The notes under the pieces were generated by a model. It ran no database searches, was not told where the DNA came from, and saw only the letters and a list, made by a program, of their open reading frames with translations. Shown here piece after piece: positions 35,337 to 44,787 of a stretch of 64,000 nucleotides of DNA. The stretch spans positions 898 through 64,897 of the forward strand of contig VMTD01000061.1 of NCBI GenBank assembly GCA_013791785.1, given 5' to 3'. Every line of letters begins with the position of its first letter. The stretch's first letter is position 1. Source of the DNA: Methanobacteriota archaeon (lineage in GTDB: Archaea > Thermoplasmatota > Thermoplasmata > SG8-5). The position numbers were made by a program, and so were the translations under genes.

Positions 35337-36166
35337 ACTATTACAACTCCTTTCTCTCTCCTTCCCAACTCTTCCGCCAGCACTGTCCTGTGGCACATCT
35401 CCGGATCCTTCTCGAAACACATCAATGCAATCTTCTTTTCTCTCCCCAGTCCAAGAAGCATATCCAATTCTTTCTCTTTCTTTGAAATGAATTTTCTGTA
35501 ATGTCTGAAAAGAGCATCGTAATCTTCCTTGGTTTCCAGCGTCTTCCTCAACTCGCTCGGAATGCCAACTTCCGGTAGACCGATGTATTCTACCCCCATC
35601 TTCCCGCAAAGGATGTTGAGAGATTTTCCGGTGAATCCGTATTTCATGCTCCACGGATTGTTTCGCACATCTACCAGAACCTGGATTTTTTCATCAATTA
35701 ATTTCATCATGAATTCATCGATGGACAATCCTTCATATCCAATTGTTATGATTCCAATTTCGTCCCGACTATAAGCCATTTTTTTCTTGATTTCACTGAA
35801 TATGGTATATTTTGGGTATTTTTCATAGGTGAATTCCACCATATCATTGTCATCCATTGATTTCGTTTCATCGAAAAAAAAGTCGACCATATTCATTGTA
35901 TCCTCTTGTAAATCAACGGTACCATTGATGAATTTAATGTTTGTGTCATCTGTTTCAATAATACCTTCTCTTTCCAGCATTTCCAGGTCATGAAACAATT
36001 CGAATGAATATGGACCGTACTTATAAGGAACGAAACCGTAAAATTTGAATTTCGTCAATGATTTATCCTTGCTCATCAGGAAGAATACCTTGGAAAGTTT
36101 CATTTTTGAGCATTGCCCGGATTGTTTTAAAAAATATACCAGGCATTTTTGTCTTGTATTCATCAT
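35333..36166 (-). CDS. Fusion protein: N-terminal Panacea (DUF4065/SocA-like antitoxin) domain plus C-terminal DUF488 domain.
   Basis: N-terminus KMKLSKVFFLMSK...YGFVPYKYGPYSFELFHDLEML is the Panacea pattern. C-terminus ITIGYEGLSIDEFMMKLIDEKIQVLVDVR...GVEYIGLPEVG...ALMCFEKDPEMCHRTVL is the DUF488 pattern. Confidence 0.55.
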   Translation of the reverse strand: MMNTRQKCLVYFLKQSGQCSKMKLSKVFFLMSKDKSLTKFKFYGFVPYKYGPYSFELFHDLEMLEREGIIETDDTNIKFINGTVDLQEDTMNMVDFFFDETKSMDDNDMVEFTYEKYPKYTIFSEIKKKMAYSRDEIGIITIGYEGLSIDEFMMKLIDEKIQVLVDVRNNPWSMKYGFTGKSLNILCGKMGVEYIGLPEVGIPSELRKTLETKEDYDALFRHYRKFISKKEKELDMLLGLGREKKIALMCFEKDPEMCHRTVLAEELGRREKGVVIV

Positions 36167-36445
36167 ATAAACGTGGTAAATCTCATCAAGGTATAAATAC
36201 CCTTATCGTGGGGGGTGGTGAAAGTGTTTGAATTGAACAATAAGTCTCAGACTGAGAGTTGCCAACCACACAACAATGCGAAGCTACAAAGAAAAGCCTC
36301 CTGTGCAAGATCCGTGTAATGGATTTCGCCCAGCAAGCGAGGGCCGGGCGAGTACCTGCCACCCCGCCCTCACGGGCGAGGCTTCATGATAGCAGTAATA
36401 ACATTGTCCATATCTGAAGGGGTGAATTCGCACTCGATTGAAAAA

Positions 36446-36476
36446 TGATTAAAAACCCCGGCCTCACAGCCGGGGC
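36446..36476 (-). terminator. Intrinsic-terminator-like hairpin (ccccggc ... gccgggg) plus T-run on the minus strand, downstream of the carboxylase operon.
   Basis: The minus-strand reading is gcatgccccggctgtgaggccggggttttt. Confidence 0.55.
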
Positions 36477-36507
36477 ATGCTGTTGGGATACAGTCTTTGT
36501 TTGTAAA

Positions 36508-38115
36508 TCACATCCGATACAAACTGAACCCGGCGTCCGTTATCGGCGCATTGAGCGACGCCGATATCCCCAGTGCCAGCACCAGCCGCGTTTGCGTCGG
36601 ATCGATTATGCCGTCATCCCATATCCTTGCGCTTGAGTAATATGGATTTCCTTCCTGCTCATACTTTTCCAGAATGGGTTTTTTCAGATTATCGACGTCC
36701 TCCTGGGTCATCTCCACGCCCTTGCGGAAGAGCTGGTCCCGCTTTACTGTCGAGAGGACATTCGCAGCCTGCTCGCCACCCATGACACTTATTCTCGCAT
36801 TGGGCCACATCCAGAGCTGACGCGGCCCGTAAGCGCGGCCGCACATACCGTAATTTCCTGCGCCGAAGCTTCCGCCGATTAGCACTGTGAACTTCGGCAC
36901 CTGGGCATTGGAGACGGCCGTAACCATCTTGGCCCCGTCCTTGGCAATTCCCTTTTCCTCGTACTCGCGACCAATCATGAACCCGGTTATGTTCTGAATG
37001 AAGACCAACGGTATCTTCCGTTGGCAGCAGAGTTCGATGAAATGCGTTCCCTTGAGGGCGCTTTCCGAGAATAGTACGCCGTTATTTGCCAGTATGCCCA
37101 CCGGGTATCCCATGATGTGAGCAAAACCGGTAACCAGCGTTTGGCCGTAAAGCTCCTTGAACTCATGGAATTTGCTGCCGTCGACTATCCTGGCTATAAC
37201 CTCGCGGACTTCGAAAGGCCGCTTCGAGTCCTTGGAAATGATGCCGTAGATTTCTTCAATTGGATATTTCGGTTCCTCCGGCTTCCTGGTCTTCATGTGG
37301 GCCTTGGGCTGGCGATTGAGGTTCTCCAGGATGTTGCGGCCTACATGGAGCGCTTCCTCGTCATTGTGAGTGTAATGGTCGGAAACCCCCGATTTCCGGC
37401 AGTGTACGTCCGCACCGCCCAGGTCCTCTGCGCTCACTATTTCGCCTGTCGCCGCCTTAACCAGCGGGGGGCCGCCCAGGAAGATTGTGGCATTGCCTTT
37501 GACCATGACGGTTTCATCGGACATCGCGGGAACGTACGCGCCCCCGGCTGTGCAGGAGCCCATGACCAGCGCTATCTGGGGTATCTTCATGGCGCTCATC
37601 CTCGCTTGATTGTAAAATATCCTGCCGAAGTGTTCGCGATCCGGAAAGACTTCATCCTGGAGCGGAAGGAACGCCCCGCCTGAATCCACCAGATAGACGC
37701 ATGGCAAGTTATTCTCCATGGCAATCTCCTGGGCCCGGAGGTGCTTCTTCACGGTCATGGGGTAATAAGTTCCGCCTTTCACGGTGGCATCATTGGCTAT
37801 CATCATTACCTCGCGTCCGTGAACGACGCCGATGCCGGTGACTATGCTGGCGCAGGGCGCCTGGTTCTCATACATTCCGACGGCGGCAAGCGGATTCAGT
37901 TCCAAAAACGGAGTATCGGGATCGCAGATGGCGTCTATGCGTTCCCTGGCCAGCATCTTTCCCCGGGACTTGTGGAGCTTTACCTGTTCCTCGCCGCCCC
38001 CGGCCTTGGCCCACTCTATCTTTTCCCTCAGATTGGCTATGAGCTTGAGGTAATGTTCCTTGTTGTCCTTGAATTCCTGGCTGTTGGGGTCTATCTTGCT
38101 CTCTATTGCGTCCAT
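36508..38115 (-). CDS. Acyl-CoA carboxylase carboxyltransferase subunit (propionyl-CoA carboxylase beta / methylmalonyl-CoA decarboxylase alpha family).
   Basis: 535 aa with duplicated crotonase-like carboxyltransferase domains. Confidence 0.9.
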   Translation of the reverse strand: MDAIESKIDPNSQEFKDNKEHYLKLIANLREKIEWAKAGGGEEQVKLHKSRGKMLARERIDAICDPDTPFLELNPLAAVGMYENQAPCASIVTGIGVVHGREVMMIANDATVKGGTYYPMTVKKHLRAQEIAMENNLPCVYLVDSGGAFLPLQDEVFPDREHFGRIFYNQARMSAMKIPQIALVMGSCTAGGAYVPAMSDETVMVKGNATIFLGGPPLVKAATGEIVSAEDLGGADVHCRKSGVSDHYTHNDEEALHVGRNILENLNRQPKAHMKTRKPEEPKYPIEEIYGIISKDSKRPFEVREVIARIVDGSKFHEFKELYGQTLVTGFAHIMGYPVGILANNGVLFSESALKGTHFIELCCQRKIPLVFIQNITGFMIGREYEEKGIAKDGAKMVTAVSNAQVPKFTVLIGGSFGAGNYGMCGRAYGPRQLWMWPNARISVMGGEQAANVLSTVKRDQLFRKGVEMTQEDVDNLKKPILEKYEQEGNPYYSSARIWDDGIIDPTQTRLVLALGISASLNAPITDAGFSLYRM

Positions 38116-38119
38116 GCTA

Positions 38120-38614
38120 TCACTCCGTTTTCTCCATCTGAACCAGCAGTTCGCCGATGTCCACCTGGTCGCCCAGCTTGAAATTGATTTTCTCCACTTT
38201 CCCGGCGTATGGCGCTTTTATCTGATATTCCATCTTCATTGCCTCGATTGTGATGAGGACCTGACCTGCTTCAACGATGTCGTTATCAACCGCGCCCACC
38301 GCTGTCACTTTGCCGGAGATGGGGGATGTGATACTCGACGGCAATTTATCAAAATCTGCCGGCCTGGCACCGGCCTCAACGCGGTTGAAACGGTAAACGT
38401 CCCCGTTGATGAAAATGTGGCGCTGGTTGCCCTCGGTTGCGATATTGCACTTGGTCACCTTGCCGTCTATGGTCAGGGCAAAGTACCCCGGTTTCGTCTC
38501 CTTGGATTCCACCCGGAATGACTTGTCCCCAACACCTATGCTGAAAGCCTCGCCGTCGCGGGTTATCCTGACCGGATACAGTTTTCCCTGGTGCTCGTAA
38601 TGCAGTTCCATCAT
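38120..38614 (-). CDS. Biotin carboxyl carrier protein.
   Basis: Biotinylation motif EAMKM ([10 protein letters not shown]). Confidence 0.85.
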   Translation of the reverse strand: MMELHYEHQGKLYPVRITRDGEAFSIGVGDKSFRVESKETKPGYFALTIDGKVTKCNIATEGNQRHIFINGDVYRFNRVEAGARPADFDKLPSSITSPISGKVTAVGAVDNDIVEAGQVLITIEAMKMEYQIKAPYAGKVEKINFKLGDQVDIGELLVQMEKTE

Positions 38615-38620
38615 ATCACC

Positions 38621-40117
38621 TCAGCTGTCTATTCTCCATCTGCCCACGGTGGTCCATGGGGAAGCGGTTTCATGCTCTGTTTTTTCGTCACCCATTCCCT
38701 CGACCACGCCGGAATGCTTCATATCATCAATGGCCGCGGCTATCAGCACCTCCGACGGAAGCGTCTTCGCTGATGACCAGGAACCGAAATATGTCTCGAT
38801 GAAGTGAGTGTCGATATCACCGTTGACGAACGCGGGATGCTTCACGATGGCCCTTAGGAAAGGAATATTGGTTGTAATGCCAAGCGCGATGTAGTTGGAA
38901 AGTGCCCACTCCAGTTTCCTGGACGCGTCCTTCCTGTCCTCACCATACACTATCAGCTTGGCCATCATGGGGTCATAATAGGGAGAAATCTTGTAGCCCT
39001 GGCTTATGCCTGTGTCGTGGCGTATGTTAACGCCGGTTGGGAGTTCGACAGTCTGGAGCGTGCCGGTGCTGGGCATGAAGTTCTTCTCAGGATCTTCAGC
39101 ATAAATGCGGCATTCGATGGCATGGCCCCGCTGGGTTACCTTTTCCTGCTCCAGCGTCAGCGGCTCCCCGGATGCGATTTTGATCTGCCATTTCACTATG
39201 TCGATGCCTGTCGTCATCTCCGTAATTGCATGCTCCACCTGAAGCCTGGTGTTCATCTCGAGAAAATAGAAATTACGTTCAGCGTCCAGCATAAATTCGA
39301 CGGTTCCGGCGTTGGTATAATCGATGGTCTTGGCAGCCAGTATCGCGGCCCGACCCATTTTCTCCCGGAGTTCATCATCAATCGCGATGGACGGCGTTTC
39401 CTCAACGACTTTCTGATGCCGCCTCTGGATTGCACACTCTCTCTCGAACAGATGGATTATTTTTCCGTGTTCGTCCGCAAGAATCTGGAACTCGATATGC
39501 CTTGGTTTCGGAAGATATTTCTCGAGAAGAAGCTCATCATAGCCAAAGGATGATTTCGCTTCCCTTCTGGCGGACGCCACGGCCTCATCGAGTTCTTCCA
39601 TGGAACGGACGATTTTCATGCCCTTTCCCCCGCCGCCTGCAGAGGCCTTTATCAGCACTGGAAAACCTATGCGCTGGCATGCTTCCTGCAACGTTTCCTT
39701 TTCCTCGCCGGTGTATCCCGGTATTACTGGCACTCCGGCGTCACGCATGGTGCGCTTCGCTTCTATCTTGTCGCCCATGCCATGTATGACTTCCGGCGTT
39801 GGGCCGATGAATTTTATCCCGGCCTTGGCGCAGACCCTGGCGAAGTCCGCGTTCTCCGAGAGGAAGCCGTAACCGGGGTGAATGGCGTTGGCGCCGCTCT
39901 TCAGGGCTATGTCGATTAATTTATCCATGTTCAGGTAACTGGCCGACGGCGTCGGATCGCCTAGCGGGAACGTTTCATCAGCCATTTCAACGTGAGGAGA
40001 CTTGGCATCTACGTCGGAATAAACTCCGACGGTCAAAATACCCATCTCCTGGCAGGCGGTCATTATCCGGACCGCAATCTCGCCGCGGTTGGCCACCAGT
40101 ATCTTGGTTATCTCCAT
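38621..40117 (-). CDS. accC: Biotin carboxylase (ATP-grasp).
   Basis: N-terminus MEITKILVANRGEIAVR, an ATP-grasp domain and a length of 498 aa. Confidence 0.9.
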   Translation of the reverse strand: MEITKILVANRGEIAVRIMTACQEMGILTVGVYSDVDAKSPHVEMADETFPLGDPTPSASYLNMDKLIDIALKSGANAIHPGYGFLSENADFARVCAKAGIKFIGPTPEVIHGMGDKIEAKRTMRDAGVPVIPGYTGEEKETLQEACQRIGFPVLIKASAGGGGKGMKIVRSMEELDEAVASARREAKSSFGYDELLLEKYLPKPRHIEFQILADEHGKIIHLFERECAIQRRHQKVVEETPSIAIDDELREKMGRAAILAAKTIDYTNAGTVEFMLDAERNFYFLEMNTRLQVEHAITEMTTGIDIVKWQIKIASGEPLTLEQEKVTQRGHAIECRIYAEDPEKNFMPSTGTLQTVELPTGVNIRHDTGISQGYKISPYYDPMMAKLIVYGEDRKDASRKLEWALSNYIALGITTNIPFLRAIVKHPAFVNGDIDTHFIETYFGSWSSAKTLPSEVLIAAAIDDMKHSGVVEGMGDEKTEHETASPWTTVGRWRIDS

Positions 40118-40118
40118 C

Positions 40119-40910
40119 TCAGCGCCTCCATTTCGGTTCGCGTTTCTCCAGGAAAGCGGTTACGCCTTCCTTGCCCTCGGGTGATGCGCGAATTATCGCA
40201 ATTGCGTTGATGCAGTATTTCTTGAATTCGCCCCGTTCCATGTGCGCCCCTGTCCTGGCCAGGCGCTTGCATTCTTTCACTGCCTGGGGGCCGCCGGTCA
40301 TGATTTGCCTGATGAAACGGTCAACAACACCGTTCAAATCGTCTGGCTCCACCACATCGTCGAAAAGTCCCAATTTCCTGGCCAACTCTGCTTCGAGCCT
40401 TTCACCGGTGATGAACAGCTGGGTCGCCCTTTTTGCGCCCACCCGGTCGATGACATACGGCGATATCACGCCCGGAAGCAGCCCCAGTTTTACCTCGCTG
40501 AAACCGATTTTCGCCTTCTCGCTGGCAATGACAAAATCACAGGCACATGCAAGGCCCGCGCCGCCGCCCAGAGCGGCGCCATTTACTTTAGCAATGACCG
40601 GTATCTCAATATCCTCCAGCGCCTGGAACATTCTGGAAAGGTCGGTCGCATCATAAACATTCTCTTCGTGTGAATACTGGCCCATTCTCTTCATCCAGTT
40701 GAGGTCCGCACCCGCGCAGAATGACTTGCCGGCACCGGTGATGACCACGGCTCTGGCAGTATTATTCTGATTCACGCTTTTGAAGAAATCCGTGAGTTCC
40801 GATATCATTTTTTCATCGAAGGGGTTATGAATCTCCGGGCGGTTCAGCGTTACCGTGACAATGTCCTGGCCTTCAACGATTATGTAATCATATTTATTGC
40901 CTGAAGCCAT
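40119..40910 (-). CDS. Enoyl-CoA hydratase/isomerase (crotonase family).
   Basis: Crotonase oxyanion-hole motifs (TGAGKSFCAGADL and others). It is the first gene of the carboxylase operon. Confidence 0.85.
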   Translation of the reverse strand: MASGNKYDYIIVEGQDIVTVTLNRPEIHNPFDEKMISELTDFFKSVNQNNTARAVVITGAGKSFCAGADLNWMKRMGQYSHEENVYDATDLSRMFQALEDIEIPVIAKVNGAALGGGAGLACACDFVIASEKAKIGFSEVKLGLLPGVISPYVIDRVGAKRATQLFITGERLEAELARKLGLFDDVVEPDDLNGVVDRFIRQIMTGGPQAVKECKRLARTGAHMERGEFKKYCINAIAIIRASPEGKEGVTAFLEKREPKWRR

Positions 40911-41187
40911 AATGATGCACCCAATCCAGTGCTCTCACAAAACGCCGATTCGGTTATATAATTTACTATGTGAAGTTCGGCAATTGCCTACTTTAATAAA
41001 TAAGCGCCGAGGGGGAGACTTTCGGGCTGGGGGTTATTTCCCCCAGGCACTTCGAACTCCCGTGGTGCAGGGCACCACCGGCTCTCAAGGCCGGCGCCGT
41101 ATTCCGGGGTTCCGGGCCGAAACCTGGAATCCTAACCGGGCTTAGCTACCTCGGCAATTGTAAAGAAGATGCAATCAAGCGATATAT

Positions 41188-42822
41188 TTATGATTGTGGG
41201 GGTTCCAACTCAATCTCGAACCCTGCCACCGGGTAGCCTAATTCGAAATTCTCCAGCACCTGCGGATGGTACTCCCCGAAGCTGCCGATTGAGTTATCGG
41301 CCACGATTATCTCCGCAGCCCGGCCCGGAATGTATACCGGGTCATCGCACTGAACGAGTTCGAACGTGATGTTCAGGTCCCGCAGGACTGTCTGGACAAG
41401 GGATTTCATCTCTGTGAAAGACGCTTTCGAGTGCATGGACAGGGCCGCGAGATGGCGTATCGTTTTTGTACCGGACACTATGCTTCCGGCCTCGAAGATG
41501 TTCTGCGGTAAATCACGGTGCTTATTCGCCTTGAGGAACATCATCATGCTGGGGGCCAGGGTCATGCGCACGCAAGTGAGATATTCATTAATCGGGTTCT
41601 GTATCTTCACGAGAGCGGATGATTCGGACCTATGCATCATTTCGAACTGTTCTTTCTCGCAGGAAAGGGCGAGGCTCTTCACCTCCAGGTAGGAATGGCC
41701 GAACATGAGCCGTCTAGCGTTGTTGGAAAGAACCTCCAGGGGGCGCTCGCTGCCGAAGGTTATGCTCCTTGGAAGTGTGCTGGGGATGTTGCCGAAACCC
41801 GCGCTGATGGCAATATCTTCAATCAAATCCACATTGTGAATTATGTCATTGCGGTATCCGGGCACCTGAACAGTAATTTTATCGCCGCTGGCTTCTGCGC
41901 CGAATCTCATTCTCCGGAGGTGCTCGGCTATCAGTTTCGGCGAATAATCGGTGCCGAGGAGTGCGTTGACCTCCAGGGCGGTTATCTCGCGAACCCTGGG
42001 TGCCAGGTCGGGCAGTACGAGTTCGTTATCGGGGTAAATTACCTTGACTGTCTCGATTTTGCCGCCCCTCTCCGCCAGCAACGTGGCGATGATGTTGAGC
42101 GCCGTCTTCAGAGTGTTCAGGTCAGTTCCGGTGAGGTCCAGGAAAATGTCCGTCGTTGATTCAGTTACGGTGGTGATATTACCGTTGATTATGGGAGGGA
42201 AAGAGAGCACCTTTCCGTCCGCGTCCAAGATTATCGGGTACAGGGACTTGCCCTCCAGGACACTGGCATATTCCATGCCTTTCTCGTGCCGTTCCAGTAT
42301 CTCGGCCATGTCCATCTCCATGGTGTAGCCAAGGGGCGCGAATTTTATGCTCTTCGGCTCAACGGCCCTGTAGGTGAAAGGGAACTTCAACTGGCTCATG
42401 TCATGGACGCCGATTGCCACTTTCTTTCTCTTCCTGCCAAGAGTCAGATGCAATTTCTCCTGAGCCTCCATGAGAGACGCGATTAATTCGTCAGTCATGG
42501 TGACGTTCCGGACTATGCCGGCCACGATGAACGGCCGTATTTCCGCAACGGACGGGTCAACGTTCAGGACATTGTCGGTGTGAGTTATGTCGTAATTAGC
42601 CAGGCCGGTTTCTTTACCTATGAAACCGCGGACCGCCCTTGCAACTCCTTCAACGGAATAGAGGTCAGGCCGGTTTGGGAAGAATTCGACGTTCATCACG
42701 TCGCCGTCAACGCTGTCGATGTCCGAGCCGAGCATTGGCAGCATGGCTAGTAACTCTTCCTGGGGGATATCCTGGCCCATGAGGGCCGTCAAATCCCGGT
42801 AGCTCAATGTGATTATTGCCAT
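41188..42822 (-). CDS. pheT: Phenylalanine--tRNA ligase beta subunit, archaeal type.
   Basis: 544 aa with B3/B4 and B5 domain architecture and a conserved C-terminal catalytic-like fold. Confidence 0.9.
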   Translation of the reverse strand: MAIITLSYRDLTALMGQDIPQEELLAMLPMLGSDIDSVDGDVMNVEFFPNRPDLYSVEGVARAVRGFIGKETGLANYDITHTDNVLNVDPSVAEIRPFIVAGIVRNVTMTDELIASLMEAQEKLHLTLGRKRKKVAIGVHDMSQLKFPFTYRAVEPKSIKFAPLGYTMEMDMAEILERHEKGMEYASVLEGKSLYPIILDADGKVLSFPPIINGNITTVTESTTDIFLDLTGTDLNTLKTALNIIATLLAERGGKIETVKVIYPDNELVLPDLAPRVREITALEVNALLGTDYSPKLIAEHLRRMRFGAEASGDKITVQVPGYRNDIIHNVDLIEDIAISAGFGNIPSTLPRSITFGSERPLEVLSNNARRLMFGHSYLEVKSLALSCEKEQFEMMHRSESSALVKIQNPINEYLTCVRMTLAPSMMMFLKANKHRDLPQNIFEAGSIVSGTKTIRHLAALSMHSKASFTEMKSLVQTVLRDLNITFELVQCDDPVYIPGRAAEIIVADNSIGSFGEYHPQVLENFELGYPVAGFEIELEPPQS

Positions 42823-42893
42823 TGGTTGCCGATATTTGCCTACCTATTTATGTTTTCGCAAGGTTCTTCTATTCTTACGTGATAGGGCATCGC

Positions 42894-43937
42894 ATGACAA
42901 AGCAGATGCGGGTTGCCATGTACTATTCCAACAAGGACGTTCGACTAGAAAAGCTGCCGGTTCCCGATATCGGGACTGGCGAAATTCTTATGCGGGTCGA
43001 GGCCAGCGGCATCTGCGGCTCGGATGTCATGGAATGGTATCGACGGGATAAGGTCCCGCTGGTGCTGGGACATGAAGTTGCCGGAACTGTCGAAAAAGTT
43101 GGAAAGGGCGTTGAGAAGTTCAAGCCTGGGGACAGGATTGTGGCTGCGCATCACGTGCCCTGTAACACCTGCGATTACTGCCATCACGGTCATCATACCG
43201 CATGCAAGAGTCTGCAGGGTGGTACGAATTTCCACCCTGGCGGCTTCGCGGAATTCGTCAGGCTTCCGGCCATCAATGTTGACAGGGGAACATTCCTTAT
43301 TCCCGAGAAAGTGAGCTTCGAGGACGCGACATTCGCAGAACCCCTGGCATGCGTCCTCCGGGGCCAGAAGAAGATGTCAATAAAGCACGGCGCCAGCGTG
43401 TTCGTAATCGGCGCAGGAATTTCAGGACTGCTCCATGTGAGCCTGGCAAGGGCAATGGGCGCTGGGAGAATCGTCGCGGCAGACATATCCGAGTACAGGC
43501 TGGACATGGCCATGCGGTTCGGCGCGGACGATGCGATAATGTCCGATGAGAATCTGGTAACCAACCTCATCAAGGCCAACGGCGGGAAAAAAGCGCAGAA
43601 CATCATTGTCTGCACAGGCGCAATGCCGGCAATCAAGGCAGCCCTGGAGGCCGTGGACAAGGGCGGAACAGTTCTCTTCTTCGCACCGACTGCCGAGGGA
43701 AAGACATTCCCTTTCTCAATCAACGACGTTTTCTGGAAGAAGGAAGTAACGCTGATGACCACCTATGCGGCAGCGCCGGCAGACCATGTTGCCGCGCTGG
43801 AACTGATTCGCGTCGGCAGCATTCCGGTGGATGAAATGATAACCCACAGGTTCGGGCTGGCTGATGCACAGAAAGGGTTCGGCCTGGTGGCCGGCGGCGG
43901 GGATTCCGTTAAAGTGATAATACTGCCGCAGGTATGA
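42894..43937 (+). CDS. Zinc-dependent medium-chain alcohol dehydrogenase (threonine/sorbitol dehydrogenase-like).
   Basis: GHEVAGTVEKVG and the structural-zinc motif CNTCDYCHHGHHTAC. The start was trimmed to MTKQMRVAMYY. Confidence 0.85.
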   Translation: MTKQMRVAMYYSNKDVRLEKLPVPDIGTGEILMRVEASGICGSDVMEWYRRDKVPLVLGHEVAGTVEKVGKGVEKFKPGDRIVAAHHVPCNTCDYCHHGHHTACKSLQGGTNFHPGGFAEFVRLPAINVDRGTFLIPEKVSFEDATFAEPLACVLRGQKKMSIKHGASVFVIGAGISGLLHVSLARAMGAGRIVAADISEYRLDMAMRFGADDAIMSDENLVTNLIKANGGKKAQNIIVCTGAMPAIKAALEAVDKGGTVLFFAPTAEGKTFPFSINDVFWKKEVTLMTTYAAAPADHVAALELIRVGSIPVDEMITHRFGLADAQKGFGLVAGGGDSVKVIILPQV

Positions 43938-44606
43938 TTATTTCGGAACCAGCCTGGCCTCGGTGATCTTCATCTCCCCGCGGGAGCCGTCCCAGATTGT
44001 TTCGGATTCTATGATTTCCAGTTTCTTTAGGAAATTTGGGCCGTCAATGACCAGCGTCTCGAACTCGCCGCCCTCACCACTGATGTTCATGCGGTTCTTT
44101 TCAGATAATGCCTTCAGTTTTTCCATGGAATTTGAATCGAGAATTCTGCCGAGCCATTCCTTGCCCAGCCCGTCGGCGTAAACACCTACAATCATGACTT
44201 TGAAACCGGCGGCCAGTATGTCGGTTAATACTGCCTCCTGGCCCCATCTCCAGATTGGCGAGAAGGACCTCATATCCAGTTCATGGCAGAGGCGGTCTAT
44301 CCGCGTTGACTGGTAGTCCGATGCGATGGCGCCGGTGATTATGCCCTCAACGCCCTGGCCAGTAAGTGCCTTTCTCAGGTCATCCAGTTCTAATTCCTCG
44401 GCACCCTGGGTCGGGAAAGCGGTATGGGGTATTCCCATGGCTTCCGCCAGCATGTCGCAGAGCCCGATGTTCGGCACGTGGAACATGTATGATTCTCCCT
44501 TTTCCGGTACCATGGTGATGAGCCGTGCAACGTTCCAGCCCCGCATCTGAGCGAGATATATGGCGTAAGTAGAGTCTTTCCCTCCGGAGAACAGGGCGGC
44601 GACCTT
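43938..44606 (-). CDS. Diphthine--ammonia ligase-like PP-loop ATPase (Dph6 N-domain family).
   Basis: MKVAALFSGGKDSTYAIY is a PP-loop SGGKDS motif. The start was trimmed. Confidence 0.75.
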   Translation of the reverse strand, partial: KVAALFSGGKDSTYAIYLAQMRGWNVARLITMVPEKGESYMFHVPNIGLCDMLAEAMGIPHTAFPTQGAEELELDDLRKALTGQGVEGIITGAIASDYQSTRIDRLCHELDMRSFSPIWRWGQEAVLTDILAAGFKVMIVGVYADGLGKEWLGRILDSNSMEKLKALSEKNRMNISGEGGEFETLVIDGPNFLKKLEIIESETIWDGSRGEMKITEARLVPK

Positions 44607-44787
44607 CATGGATCCCGGGTATTGCAGCCATGCCACATAAATCTGTTGCCACTTGGTTGAAAGGCCGCAAATAATATTTTATAATAGTCAGGCCATGATG
44701 TTTCAATTCGCAGGAAGAGGAACGGAAGGTGCTGACTTGGCTGAAGTGGATTACTGTCCAAAATGTGATTAACTGGTTCGCGAATTT

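Noticed and set aside
34572-35654. 360-aa version of the zinc-ribbon ORF
   Set aside because: Its N-terminal 106 codons overlap the DUF488 coding region in another frame. A TTG at the TTGA stop overlap gives a coupled start at 35336.
30300-36450. tRNA or integrase at the island boundaries
   Set aside because: No T-loop-like GGTTCGAATCC or tRNA cloverleaf, and no integrase or recombinase ORF, was found at either edge.
41004-41155. Intron-containing tRNA
   Set aside because: A 7-bp closing helix exists, but no D-arm or T-arm pairing consistent with a cloverleaf could be drawn. It is reported only as a possible structured RNA.
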